DNA from: Balanoglossus misakiensis
Taxonomy: Eukaryota; Animalia; Hemichordata
Direction: 5' to 3'
Assembly: GCA_040954595.2 (NCBI GenBank)
Contig: CM082585.2
Location: 9,660,564 to 9,724,563, forward strand
DNA length: 64,000 nt
The position numbers and the translations under genes were made by a program. How positions within the stretch are numbered: the first letter of the stretch is position 1; each line of letters begins with the position of its first letter. Positions 49,524 through 62,015 of this stretch are shown here, piece after piece. Below the pieces are notes generated by a model, which did no database searches, was not told the origin of the DNA, and saw nothing but the letters and a program-made list of their open reading frames with translations.

Positions 49524-52500
49524 TTATTTTGGAACTGGCGAAACACTGTCATTAATGAGGACACCTTTTTTCTTGGTCTCTTCTTTAGATGGTACTTCTC
49601 CGAGAAGCCAGTAGGTTGTGACCATACCTTTGCCCTTTGAAACAACCAAAAAAGATGATGATAATTAATAAGAATACTCGGTACTTTTACATTATGGCAA
49701 TAATGGGGGTTTAATATTCATGATACATTTGCATGGATATATTATGTGAAGAGCACGTCACACTGTTGCCTTTTTCAATTTGCCACCTTGGAGGCATAAT
49801 CAGGGGGAAGGACATTACTGATGTAACCATGACAACGTGTACAAATATGATTAAACCCTTTCACCCCACTTCCATCTGGAGAGGTCCAGTATTATCATTG
49901 AGAACAATGACGATGGGTCAAATAATGGTGGCCAAAGGGTTGAGTGGTGTATCATGTTTTATATCTCCTTTACCTTCATCGGTACTTCTCCTCTAAGTTC
50001 CGTGACAAAACCACCTATTGCTATAAGTGTGTCATGAGTTGATCCACTTATGTGTATCTTCAGTGCTGATGAAATAAATCCAAATTATGAAAAATGGTAA
50101 ATTCCGATTATTCGAACAAAACTGGAATTGGATTACATCACATAGTGGCAATCTGGTCGCCGTCGCTATTGTTTCATAAGGGCAGATGGTTTATTTGTTG
50201 GATAATAATTTATCTGCATGTCTGTGGAAGTAAAGAGTGTGTATACCGATTCACACTCAATCTTTTCTTTGATTCTAAAAAAAGCAGTCAAAACTGAGAA
50301 AAATGAGGTGAAGGATTTAATATCAATGTGAGCACTAATGACATCATGTTTTTTTTTCTTTAGCACGAAATCGTTTGACGCACACACCTTCTCCGTTGGA
50401 CTCCATCCTGGATGCTGTGTTCACTGTGTCGCCGAACAGACAATAGCGCGGCATTTTCAGTCCCACGACGCCCGCCACCACAGAGCCTGTCAAAACAAAC
50501 AATTTGGCTTCGATCAGCGACAACTGTTTGAGTGAAAAGATTTTGCTGCCTGGCTCAGAGGGTTCCCACAGGTAAGACACTTTTGACTTTATATAATGTA
50601 TGTTTACTGTAATGCTTTTAGTGTTGGTTTACTAGTATTTAATTTGACAAGGAGAGTCTGTTAACATTCATCAAAACCATTCAGTTTGACACAGACATTC
50701 GCATACAGGGCCACTTGGACACGTTCCAAATGTGGTGTATGTGTCACAAATATAGTACTGTAATTTTCGCGTGTTGGCCAAAAAGATCTCTCTACTTCCA
50801 GCATCAATATACTGGTATACTGTAAAACACTTTATTTTCGCGAGCAATAAATTTTCGCAAAATACGCAAGAGCCAAAATAGCGAGAAAATAAAAAGTCGC
50901 GTAAATTTGTTTTAAGATGATGCAGTGAATGAAATAAGAGAACGCGAAAAATAATACTCGCGAGCAGTGGCTTCTCTCCATATCGTGAAAATTTTAACTC
51001 GCGAAAGTAAAGTGTTTTACAGTAACTGGATTTACCTGAATGGATGCCTATCCTCAACTTTAACTTCTCGTCTGGTCTGTGTCTGATTTTAAACGTCTCC
51101 ACACTTTCCAACAGCCGAAGCGCCATGCTTGATATTTCGCGTGCGTGTAGGTTGCCGTTTTTGATTGGTAGGCCTGACACGACCATGTAGGCATCGCCGA
51201 TGGTCTCCACCTGTAGGTAAACGCATTTGAGATCATGTGATTGATTAGCTAGTGGTGTGGATTAGGCAGGATCAATCTCAGGTCATGTAAATAAAAACAG
51301 GATACTTCAGAATGCCACAATCAGTAGTATAACACACATACAAACTGCTGATGTTGATAGGATAAGATTCGCAATGACTTTATAATTTTCAACATTTAAA
51401 ATACCTACCTTATAAACGTCAAAATGGTCAATAATGGCGTCAAAGCAAGTGTAAAGGTCGTTCAGCAAATCCACAACTTGGAGAGGAGTACTTGCCGCGG
51501 AGAGTGACGTAAAACCGACAATGTCACTGAAGAAGATAGTCACGCTATCAAACGCCTCTGCGTTCACTGTGTTTCCTTGCTTGAGTTGATCAGCAACAGA
51601 TCTAATGAACAAAACATTGTCATGGTTACGATGCAGTCTACGTAACAGTTACCTTCCAAAAGTCTACCACATTCTCGTGTTCAGAATGCGCCCTCACCAG
51701 TTTTAAGATATCGCATTGCAATGCATATACCTTTCGTTTTTATTCAGTATTTGTTGTACATGTACCGGTATACGATAAGTCTCCAGCTGTTAGCCATGGA
51801 TGGTAGCTATTTGAAGTGGCATCTATGCTTATAGTGGCAGCGATCGATGAAGGACATTCATTATTGAAGTTTAAAAAAAAGTAGTCCCAAAAATGTAGTC
51901 CCACTAACTTTGGTAGCAGCTGTTCCAGCAGCTGTTCCGACTTCCGCTGCTCTTCAACAAGTTGAGCCGTTCGTTGAGCAACGATGCTCTCCAAGTTGTT
52001 TGCGTATTGTTCCATTCTGGTCAGGAGGTTGTCCAGTATATTTTCACTGTTTCTGTACGAAAAAAATGTGAGAATGTATTTGACATTTTGCACATCCTCA
52101 GACCTATAGTCAGTGGTGCCCTCATGATTCAGAAATACTAGTGTATGGGAAATGCATACACCTACCCTCGTTCGGAATTCATTTTTTTGACATGTGTCTT
52201 CAGTTTTGAGAAATCTGGTCGCTCACTAGGCTCTTGGCTCCAACACTGCTCCATGAGTTGAACGATTTCTGATGGTGCGTCAGATGAACTGACACTGGGA
52301 CGGTAGTGCACGCTTCTCTGAGCCATGACACATTCGATAATTTCTGTAACATGAAAAAAACATCATGTCTTCATGTCTTACTGATGGGTCAACAATTTGT
52401 CATCAACAAATTTGAAGGTGAAACCCATTTCTAGTCAATGGATGGTGCATTCTCAATGTCCCGGCTGGAACCAAAAATGGTTACAAACCTTTGGGATCTA

Positions 52501-55500
52501 CGCCCTCATCGATTACTTCGTGTTCATATGGACCGCTCCTTGTGATGACTTCTTGTAATATGATTCCAAAGCTGTACACGTCACCTTTCTGCGTCCCTCT
52601 TGGAGACATCTTGCCGATCAACAATTCCGGCGCTCTCCACAACAAAGCTGTTCAAATAGACGAGTGACGTTTTACGCGAGCGTCAAATGTAGTTGACAGT
52701 ATGAAACACTAGAATTTGTCTGTTGATATTTGGCCGAGAAACAGTTAACACAGGTGGCTCATTAATCAGCAAAATACACAACCACTGTGCGCCTAATAAG
52801 TACATCTTTATGATCCTAGTGCTTTCATTTTTTTATGTTTGCCAATTTGACAGTTATATATTTTATGTACATAATGTAGGTAGGGTCATAAAATGTTCTG
52901 CACTCGGCTAATTGTATGTCTTCTGTTCAGTTTAATAATAGATGTTATACGCGCCGTAGAACATATAATCAACATGATTATAGTGATAATAAAGTTCAGT
53001 AAAATCCGAACAATTAAACAAAAATAGTACATTCATACATACATACATACATACATACATACATACATACATACATACATACATACATACATACAAGCAA
53101 ATAAAACTAAGCAAACATTCTTCGATTATAAACTTACAGTAAAAATCAGAAGGTGTGGAGGCATCAGACACCTGTAGCACGTGATCCCGCCATTCATTCA
53201 AACCGAAGTCTGTTACCTTTAAAACGAATCGACTGTCTACTAAACAGTTTGACGATTTCAAGTTGCCCATGCTTTTCAGAAACGATCCATGGATGAAGCT
53301 CATGCCCTGATATAAATAAATAAACAAACCACTATTTTGTAGTTTGATTGACAGTGAGATTTGTGGAGTGCACGCAATCATATGCAATCATTTCCACATA
53401 AAACTTTTCAGTTATTTCATTCAAATGTTATTTATACTCTTGCAATAGTAAAACTCTTTACGATTATTTTGGACAGAAATTTAATTTATATAAAGTGCTA
53501 CCACAGAAGACGCCTCAACGTCATTCCTACACCAATAACGCAGACATCGTGCAAATCAAAACATGGAAAAGGACTTAAAGTCTATCGCTATAAAAAGAAC
53601 AAGCTGAATCTCAGTGTTTGAAAAGCCACGCTGACGCGCATTCACATTCGTGTGTTTTGCTATTCAATGGTTAAAGGAGAGAAAGTGGGAATTTTCGAAG
53701 CAGGAAGCAGACCCTTTGATAACACCATGATATCGCTCCATGATCAATACACTGCTCGCAGTAGGTTAAATAGTCTGCTGAAAGCGTCATTGATGCCCGA
53801 ATAAAAAAACTGAATACACTCCTGAATCTGGCTTTGCTGTTTGCTTACCAGCAGATACATACCTTTTCAATTCTGCTTTGAGTGTTCACGCGGAAAATCA
53901 ATCATGCTATTTGCAAAAGGTGTCTGTAATTCCACAGCGGGGGAAAGATTTAGTTTGAGATTGTATCCGTTGTGTAGTCGCTACATTTTGGCGGGAATCT
54001 CGCAGCGGATTCTGTCGTCTGCTGGTTGACGGCTACTGCCGAACATATTAGAGCTTTTGGCTGATATCAGATACTGGTTGCCCTGGAACCTACCTTCACA
54101 ATGTCATAAATGAGAGAGTAACGGAACATCCAGTCCAGCTTGATTGAATCATTTTCTAGAATGTCCTGTATGTGAAAGAAGACTTCAAGTGATAACATGT
54201 TGTAATCAAGCAAACAAACAGACATACACATACATACACATTCTTGGCATTTGGCCTGGTGTAAACGGTACAATTCAACATAGCTGTGTAAATAGTAAGA
54301 CGAAATTCCTTAACTGGGTATACCCACAAAAAGTTACCACTATCATATACACTTTAGAGAACAGTCAATCATGTGTAACATACCTGCAAACTTCCTTTTG
54401 GACAGTACTCCAAAATAATACACGGCATAGAATGATCTACGCATGCCCCAACAAATCTAGTTAGGTTTGGATGGCTGATCTCACGAAGCTGCAATAAAGA
54501 ATGGATATATTCCGTGATCATGACAAGTAACATGTCAGGTCTAATACAAGTGCACGCACCTCCTTAATGCGTAATTATTATGCCAAACGTTTAAGATTGT
54601 CTAACTCCATAAAGGCCTATTATTTATCGGGTCTGTTAGCAGCACCATCTATTTTTGATGGTTAATTTCACGGAGCTGTTAAAAAGAATTGATATATTCC
54701 GTGATCCTAAAAAGATCCACTTCGGTTGTCATGCAAGAACACGCACCCATTAAATTGTTAACGATAAACGTTTAAGATTATAATGTACTATAAGGGTAAT
54801 TGTGTTTTCTATCTAGTTCATTAGCAAGTATTTTTAGATCAGGTGCAACCACGATTCTCGCATCATTGAACTCCCAAATTACCACATTAGCCAAGATTGC
54901 TCAATTACAATATATCATTTGTTGAGTTCAACATCAACAGTTCGCACAAGAAACGGTAGGAAAGTGTGAAATCTTAACAGCAGTTTTTGAAGGAAAGTCT
55001 AATTCACATACCTGCTTCAATTCAACCAGTGTCTTCTGGTTTATTATCATTTTATTGTGCTCAACGGTTTTAAGAGCTTGTCGTGATCCCTGGTTACAAA
55101 ATAGTAAATAAATCAATATCATATAAAATTAAACCATAAAGGTACCAAACAATGTTAGTTTCTTAATGAAAGAAAATCCACTACATTGTAGTGCTGATTC
55201 TTTGGTTTTACATCCAGATACTTCAGTATACAGATAAAACAAAGCAAAGCAAAAAAAATGGCTGCCTTTGTGAAAACTGTATTTCAAAACAAATGATGCA
55301 TTGGAATATCATGTAATCATTTTACTTATAGGTATTATATATAATAATAATATACCTTTACATTCGCCACTTTGATAAAGAGCTGGTCATCCTTTATTTC
55401 ACCTTTTGTGCCTAGTGATATCTACATTATAAGAACGTGGAAAAAACCCTCAATTTGTGTTTATCTGTGTCAAGTTGTGTGTAAAAGAGCATATCAGTAA

Positions 55501-58500
55501 AGTGAAAGTCTCTTAAAACAGACAAAAAAAATCTATCCTCATTAGGAGTCAGTTACATGCTCAGACTATTTTTAAAATCAGGTACAACTTTGTGTGCGTA
55601 AGACATAATCCCTGTGCGATCTCTCCTCTGAATACCAAATGGTACTTACATCGAAAAAAAAATCTTTTCAAGTCCTTGTCTAAGCCCCCGCTGTAGTAAA
55701 TTGACAATTACGGTTAGGTTGTGTGGGTAACCCTAAGCGTGATTACCTCGAAGGCAGTCTCGTTTAGTTCGTGCGGTCTTGTGATACAATTTCAAACCTA
55801 GCACAGATCACGTGTTATGTAAGAGCACTTATTGCGTGAAACCCTATCAATAATTGATTTAACCATCATGTTAGCGTAAGCTATATATGGGTCTTTGTGA
55901 CCAGAAAAGGGGAGTAATTTGCATCAGTGAAATTATACAAGCGTATTGGCAATTATACAAGACTTGAAGAGGCTGTTATGAAGAACACAATTATTCATTA
56001 AAGTTCTGATTGGGGTTCTGACACTTACCATGGAGGCCGAACTAAATGCAGCCTTCTGCTCCAGGATAATGTCGTCCACGCTGATTTTCCATAACATCTC
56101 AGCGATTTCCTTTTGTATCTTAAATCGACTGGAAAAAAATTGAGCTGCTTATAAATGTCCGACTTTTTAATAATCAGGAAATTGCCGCAGTGTTTTATGA
56201 GGGATTGGCTCTTTGTTGAGTTGACCTCGCGGCGGAGTAATTCAAATGTATTCGCTTATGAGGAGGAAAACATATAATGGCACCTCAAATCGAATCATGG
56301 CGTCTAACTCCCTAATAGGATTACTTCTTATTCAAACCCAACAAAAGCTCTTGCCCTATCTAAGGTCACTTCTTTACAGAACACGCTGAATGGACAGAAC
56401 AAAGTAGGCCTTTCTAAGTGAGAAATTTTTTTCTCTCCATGAATTGTAATTATAATTGTGTTTTTGTGAAGCCCTTTCATGCAGAAAAAATTATCAAGGT
56501 AAAAATAATATCATGTGCCAGTCATTGACGTCATGGCGTGGTGATGGAAAGCAAACAAAATAAATTTAAAATTTTGAAAGTCTTTTAACTTAAATTGTGT
56601 CTTACTGTATACACAAATTTTTCGGCAAAAATGTAAAGCGTTTACAGAGCCTATACCAGCAATGTTGGAAGTTCTGATTAGTTGTTTACAACAAGTGTTG
56701 TTTCATAAACTACTCCAAAAAATGTAGGATCCGATCACCCTCCTTGGACAAACACCATTCTTGCAACAAAAAAGATGATAAACATACTGTACTCACCGAT
56801 AAAGCACACCAGAAACAATGAGTAGTATTACCAGAAATGTACATATAACTATCGCCATTATTGCTAATGGACTCATGGGTTCTGAAAAGTATAATGAAGC
56901 ATGTTTCATTTGCACCATTTGTTTGTTGGTCATAAACAATTGGTATCAATATACACGCATTGAACTTTTACAAGACCCTGCAAGATCTCGCGAGGCTAGG
57001 CAGTTTGTATTGGAGAACATTCTCAAAGAGCAGAAATTCACAGACAGGCAGGGAAAGCTCCAAACATAGTTCCATTGGTGTATTACCTTCTTCAATGCAG
57101 AGAGAGCCGTCGAATCCACAAATGGGTGTATCAAGCGGGGGTCCATCTGCACCAGCTGGCCACTGTATCTCCACTCCGGTAATAGGCTCATATTCTTTCC
57201 GCTTACCGAAATATTGGCCCACCTTGACCAGCTACAAGAAACACACAACGACAAGTTGAATGCACAAAAATCAGAACAGCTGTCTCAGAAAATATAATAC
57301 AGAAACAACATCTGATTGGTGATCATTATCAAAATTCACAGAACATGTGTCCAGGCACACACTGGAAACTACAAGTTCAATGTGGATAGAAAAGCTGACA
57401 AAGACAATGCAATGACATTTAGTCAATAAGTTAGAGCTGATTCTAGTCCAGATGTAGAATATATCCACACACAAATCCAGTTTAAATTAAGAAGTGGACA
57501 TCTGCCTTCGTTAACTTTATGATAAATCATTACAATTGTACCTCAAGACAAGTGACGCAGTACATACATCTAAACCTGGAAGTCTGATAATTCATGGTCT
57601 TTGAGTTGTAATAAGTACAGAAAAAAGAATTATGATTCGGTTATTCTTGAGTAGATTGTGCCAAAATGATATCATAGGATGCCACGATGTGGCTTATTTG
57701 TGCAGTTATATTTTGGACCGGCTTGGGCCTATGAAGTTTTACCTCAAATTCTCCACTTTCAGTATACTGCATATCCAAGAGCATGTAGTCAGAATCCATA
57801 TCACCGTTGTCATCTATGGTCATCTGCAGAACACCTGACAATTAACAAATAACAAAATATAGTTTGTCACTCCAAGCCGACAAGGCAAGGCTATTAAAGC
57901 AGAAAAATTATGTGGACAGCCAATTCTACTTCAGAAATTTCATGTAACATGGCGCCAACATAATGTTTCAATTTACTTACACTAAACGATTTTTGTCACA
58001 ACCATTATGGAGATGTCCATGTGAATAGATGGTTTATGGACCATTTCTGACATTGTCCAACTAAAATGTTAACCACAATCACTACACAAACTGTGCTAAA
58101 ACCAAGCTTATCTTCAAATGTTTCATATGTATATAGACCGACTTCATCCTTATATGCAACCTCCTGGGGTTGTAACTTTATACATCTGCCCAAAGTCTCT
58201 GTTGTGTGCAGCTATTTTCATAAATGCTATATTTGCTGTTGAGCTGTCATATAAATGAACCTGTCACATTATCACGGTTCAGTCAAAATCAGGTTAAAAC
58301 TAACAATTGTGTAATTGTTCAGGACTTGGGGCGATTTTGTGGTGAAGGACGTTTGTCACTATTAATGGACCGCTGCTGAAAGAACACTGGTCAATATTAA
58401 TTATTCCATGCAAAGAACTCTGCATTAGAGAAACGTTAAGTAACATGTTCCCACAATGACCTCTGTTAACCGCCCTACTTTGCGAATCTTCAGAAATATG

Positions 58501-61500
58501 GTAATCACCAGAAGTAGGAGTGTATATTAAATTTTAAACCTCTCTTCTACTCCAAGATAGTACTTTCAGACCAAGTCTTCCTTGCCACGGATCGATATTT
58601 TGTCGATTACTGAGTATTATTCTTAGAAGAGTATTTTAAAAATCGTTACCCGACGTGACATATGTGTGTTTCATGCCAGACTGCTAACTTCAATCATTCT
58701 ACCTCACTGCTTTAGCCAGCTACCTAGATAGCTTTGCCGCGGATGGTCGGTTGTATACACGGATTTCTAAATGTTAAGATAACACATATTTCTTTCTAAG
58801 TATAACCATTTATTCACTTATCGACTGCGATCGTGGTATGATTCATCGTTTTGTAATCTCTTTCGCTATCGGCGTATAAAATTCTGTACGATCTCGTTGG
58901 CGGCTAGTGTGTCATGAATGGCTTTTCAATTGTAAGATACGTCATCAAGTCCATATATCTGTGATGCAACCGCAGCGTTAATTAAATTCATTTGATATAG
59001 ATGATACATTTCACAAAACGTATTCACTCTTAAAAGTGAAGAGCCTCTTTCAGAATTCCCCACGTGTTGTTATCGGGTAAGACAGTCGATATCGCCACTG
59101 TTTTAGTTCCATTTTTTTAGAGCACAGACACGCAGCCTGTTGGACATGATCGATAAGAGTATTGCTACAGTGCCTAGTGTTTGCGGTTATTACAGACACA
59201 ATCTTTGCTTGAGGGTTTACTTTTTGTTCAATATTTATTTTATTGAAACAGAACTGACAGAGAGTTGGTGCTGTTAGACACAATTCCACTTTGCCTGGGA
59301 AGGTCAGGGTAATTGTATGAATTTAAGTCACATCTTTACTTTATTACTGCACCTATTGCCACATCACAACTAAATATACAGTAGGTCTGTTGTCAATGGT
59401 ACGGAAAATAGTTCCCAACTAAAGGGTCTTACCTGAAAGTTTGTAATGAAAGTTGTAGAGTCGACCTTTCATTGATAGCAACATCTTCCAACAGTTATGC
59501 CCCCAAAACATTTCTGATCATTTAAAGTGCCTTAGCTCCACATCAGGGTAATTTATCGCATTCAGTGACTGTGCTGTGGCATTACCTTATTTAATAAATT
59601 CTGTTATAATTAGATTAATGAAGGGCTGTCGAAAAAGGTAAATCTCCCATTCGCAATCACTTATTTCATACGCCCGGGCAAATTAATCGTGTAAACACTG
59701 CGTGTACAGCGACTTTTGTCGTCTGAAATAATACGTTTGAACTTACCGGGTAGCTCTTTGCGGTTGTACATTCGTCGAGCAATCGTGGCACCATCGTATG
59801 CACTACCGTTCTCGGCTAGCGTCTCATTCAGGGCCACAGCGTACAATATGACAGCATCGTGGACCATGGCAGCTAATAGAGTCACCTGTCATGACAAAAA
59901 CAAAAGTGCAGGATTTTAAGCAAAGCTCAGTTAAATCCTATTAAATTTTTATGCTAAAGCCTTTAGAATGTACACGCATTATGGATTAAAAAAACATGAA
60001 CATTGTTTAGGGGCATGTCCACTATCGTGTGGTGAATTTCTAGACAGACTTCAATGTAGAAAAAGTGAAGCCTGTAACGTGGAAAGTGAAATATTGAAGA
60101 ACATTTGTATATTCCCTTATGTCGTTAGGTTTTCTTCGATTGTTTTCTGGATTGAATGTTTTTGCTTTTCAACGAGTCATAATTACTCCCAGTAAATTGG
60201 CATGACTTATCAATCTATAGCCAAAATCGAAAGTCATGTAGTTATATTCGGCAAGATCCATTATCCAATGTACTTTGCAGCATTATCAATATACGGTTAA
60301 TGATCGACAACAATCCAGTTTATTATCTTGACGGAATTTGCAGATAATGAAAGCTAGGCAGAGTTATTTTCAAGACAATACATACTGCAAAATAGGTCCA
60401 ATAGTATTGGTCGATCGGCCAAATAATGCATGTGTTAACAAAGACCACCAGATGTAAACAACGAACGTTTCTCACATTCTTATCCTTGAGCTGAATATGT
60501 TAATTTCCTCATTATAAACACTTTCATATCTGTTCTTATTACCTATAAACAGTCAAAGGGATATTAGTTGCAAATTTGGCTTTTATTTAAGTATTTTGCT
60601 CTATGTACCAAATGCAATTTCTTGTTTTACTCCAAACAGCATGCTAATATACCCAGTACTCCACTTGTCAACATAGCCTGTATGTGTGTAACACTAATAC
60701 ATTCTAATCATTATGATGGTAGTTTTACTGTCAGTCAACTTAAATTTCCGGTTAAATACAGGAATCAGACAGTGACAGTGACATCCCCAAATAGTGGTAA
60801 CTGTATCTCATACAGCTCTGTTATTCAATACATTACAAACATGGAACTAATAGCGAGTCGAACTTGATTTAAGTGGTTAGCGGTGACCTTTATTTAAGTG
60901 GTAGTAGCATCACATATCATTCCTATGATATATATTATTATGGATCGCGATATTTCGCCTCGCTAAATGAGAATAGTGTGCGTGCACACATCTCAAAGGA
61001 AATGAACAACAAGGAAACCATTTAGGGCCAATCATAAATTTTAAAGGGACACAAACTTTTACAGAATGCCAATATATGAACCTTGTTGTATTACTTTTGA
61101 CTTTGAATGATGAATAATGGATGATGGGTATGAGTAGATGATGCGAGTATCCCACTCATTTCGGTTCAAGAGGAAAATTGCAAGGCAAGTTTGTCATCGC
61201 CGCGTTTACCCATAACCAGGGAAACTAGTTGTTCGGCAAACACTGCGCCGTGCGATTTTCCTTAAGACGCCATGTTGAAACAAGAGCTTCGTCTGATAGC
61301 ATATTGACGGCGAGTTTTGACCTTATGACCTTTGGCAGAAAGCTTAAGCTCACAGTGTGGTCCCCCTGGGTTATGTGGTCCAGGAGCAGCATTTCTATAA
61401 TTCAAACTGCGTGGTTGTTATGACGTCACCGTTTAATTGTCTCTGCAGTATGATTTAAGAGAGTTGCACTTGTTTGTGGTTGGTTGCTAAAAGCAATATC

Positions 61501-62015
61501 TTAGGTTTAAATTAAAAATTAAAAAAACAGTTCTACAAAACCACCATATCAGTGCAAAACTCACCTTCTCGTCTTCTCCGTAGATATACCCATAATCAGT
61601 GGCAGCTCTTTCTTTAACTTCCTCAGAAAATGTTTGAAACTCTTCTGTGTCTGGTTCGTACAGACCGAGAAATAAAAGTGCCTACGGACAACAACAACAA
61701 AGGAAAATGTTTTTCATGATATTAACAGCTAAGACACACAGAATGCCACACTTTCATTTATCAATGTTACCGATACATAAGTTGTTAAAAGCTCGATTTA
61801 CCTAATTTTCTCTGGTCACCTTACCTCATACGCTTCTTTAGCCAGAGCATCTTCTTCAGCATCGATTCCCTGCGCCCAAGAAATATTGCCATGTCCTAAA
61901 ATATCTTGAAATAAGTAGACACACACAAAGGCGTATTCTCCGTTGATGAGACCCAGGCGGTTGGCCACTACCATGTACTCGCGAACCATTTCTCCCCTCA
62001 TAGCCAGCACGATAA
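49524..62015 (-). CDS. Receptor-type guanylyl cyclase, paralogue B; first coding exon not in window
   Basis: 20 exons at positions equivalent to exons 2-21 of paralogue A: 62015-61825, 61681-61565, 59885-59747, 57834-57743, 57231-57087, 56881-56797 (TM), 56128-56029, 55421-55356, 55089-55012, 54488-54384, 54165-54094, 53306-53138, 52647-52489, 52343-52166, 52052-51909, 51601-51409, 51210-51036, 50486-50388, 50065-49974, 49634-49524 (TAA). Cyclase motifs [36 protein letters not shown] and [11 protein letters not shown] are intact. Confidence 0.94.
49851..49943. mobile_element. Diverged copy of the ~93-bp TTAA MITE
   Basis: TTAAACCCTTTCACCCC...CAAAGGGTTGA aligns end to end with the reverse complement of 28258-28350. 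Confidence 0.65.
50818..51024. mobile_element. ~205-bp MITE, TA-flanked, 25-bp TIRs
   Basis: TA-CTGTAAAACACTTTATTTTCGCGAG ... CTCGCGAAAGTAAAGTGTTTTACAG-TA (1 mismatch); internal repeated (T)CGCGAAAA motifs. Confidence 0.85.
53034..53095. repeat. (CATA)n microsatellite
   Basis: About 15 perfect units in an intron of cyclase B. Confidence 0.95.
54470..54779. repeat. Degenerate ~185-bp direct duplication spanning an exon acceptor of cyclase B
   Basis: gatggctgatctcacgaagctg..gatatattccgtgatc..acgcacc..aaacgtttaagatt (54470-54598) recurs at 54657-54779. Confidence 0.75.

Noticed and set aside
41915-53095. (CATA)n present in both cyclase paralogues as a shared ancestral feature
   Set aside because: The repeats lie in non-equivalent introns, so independent origin is more likely.
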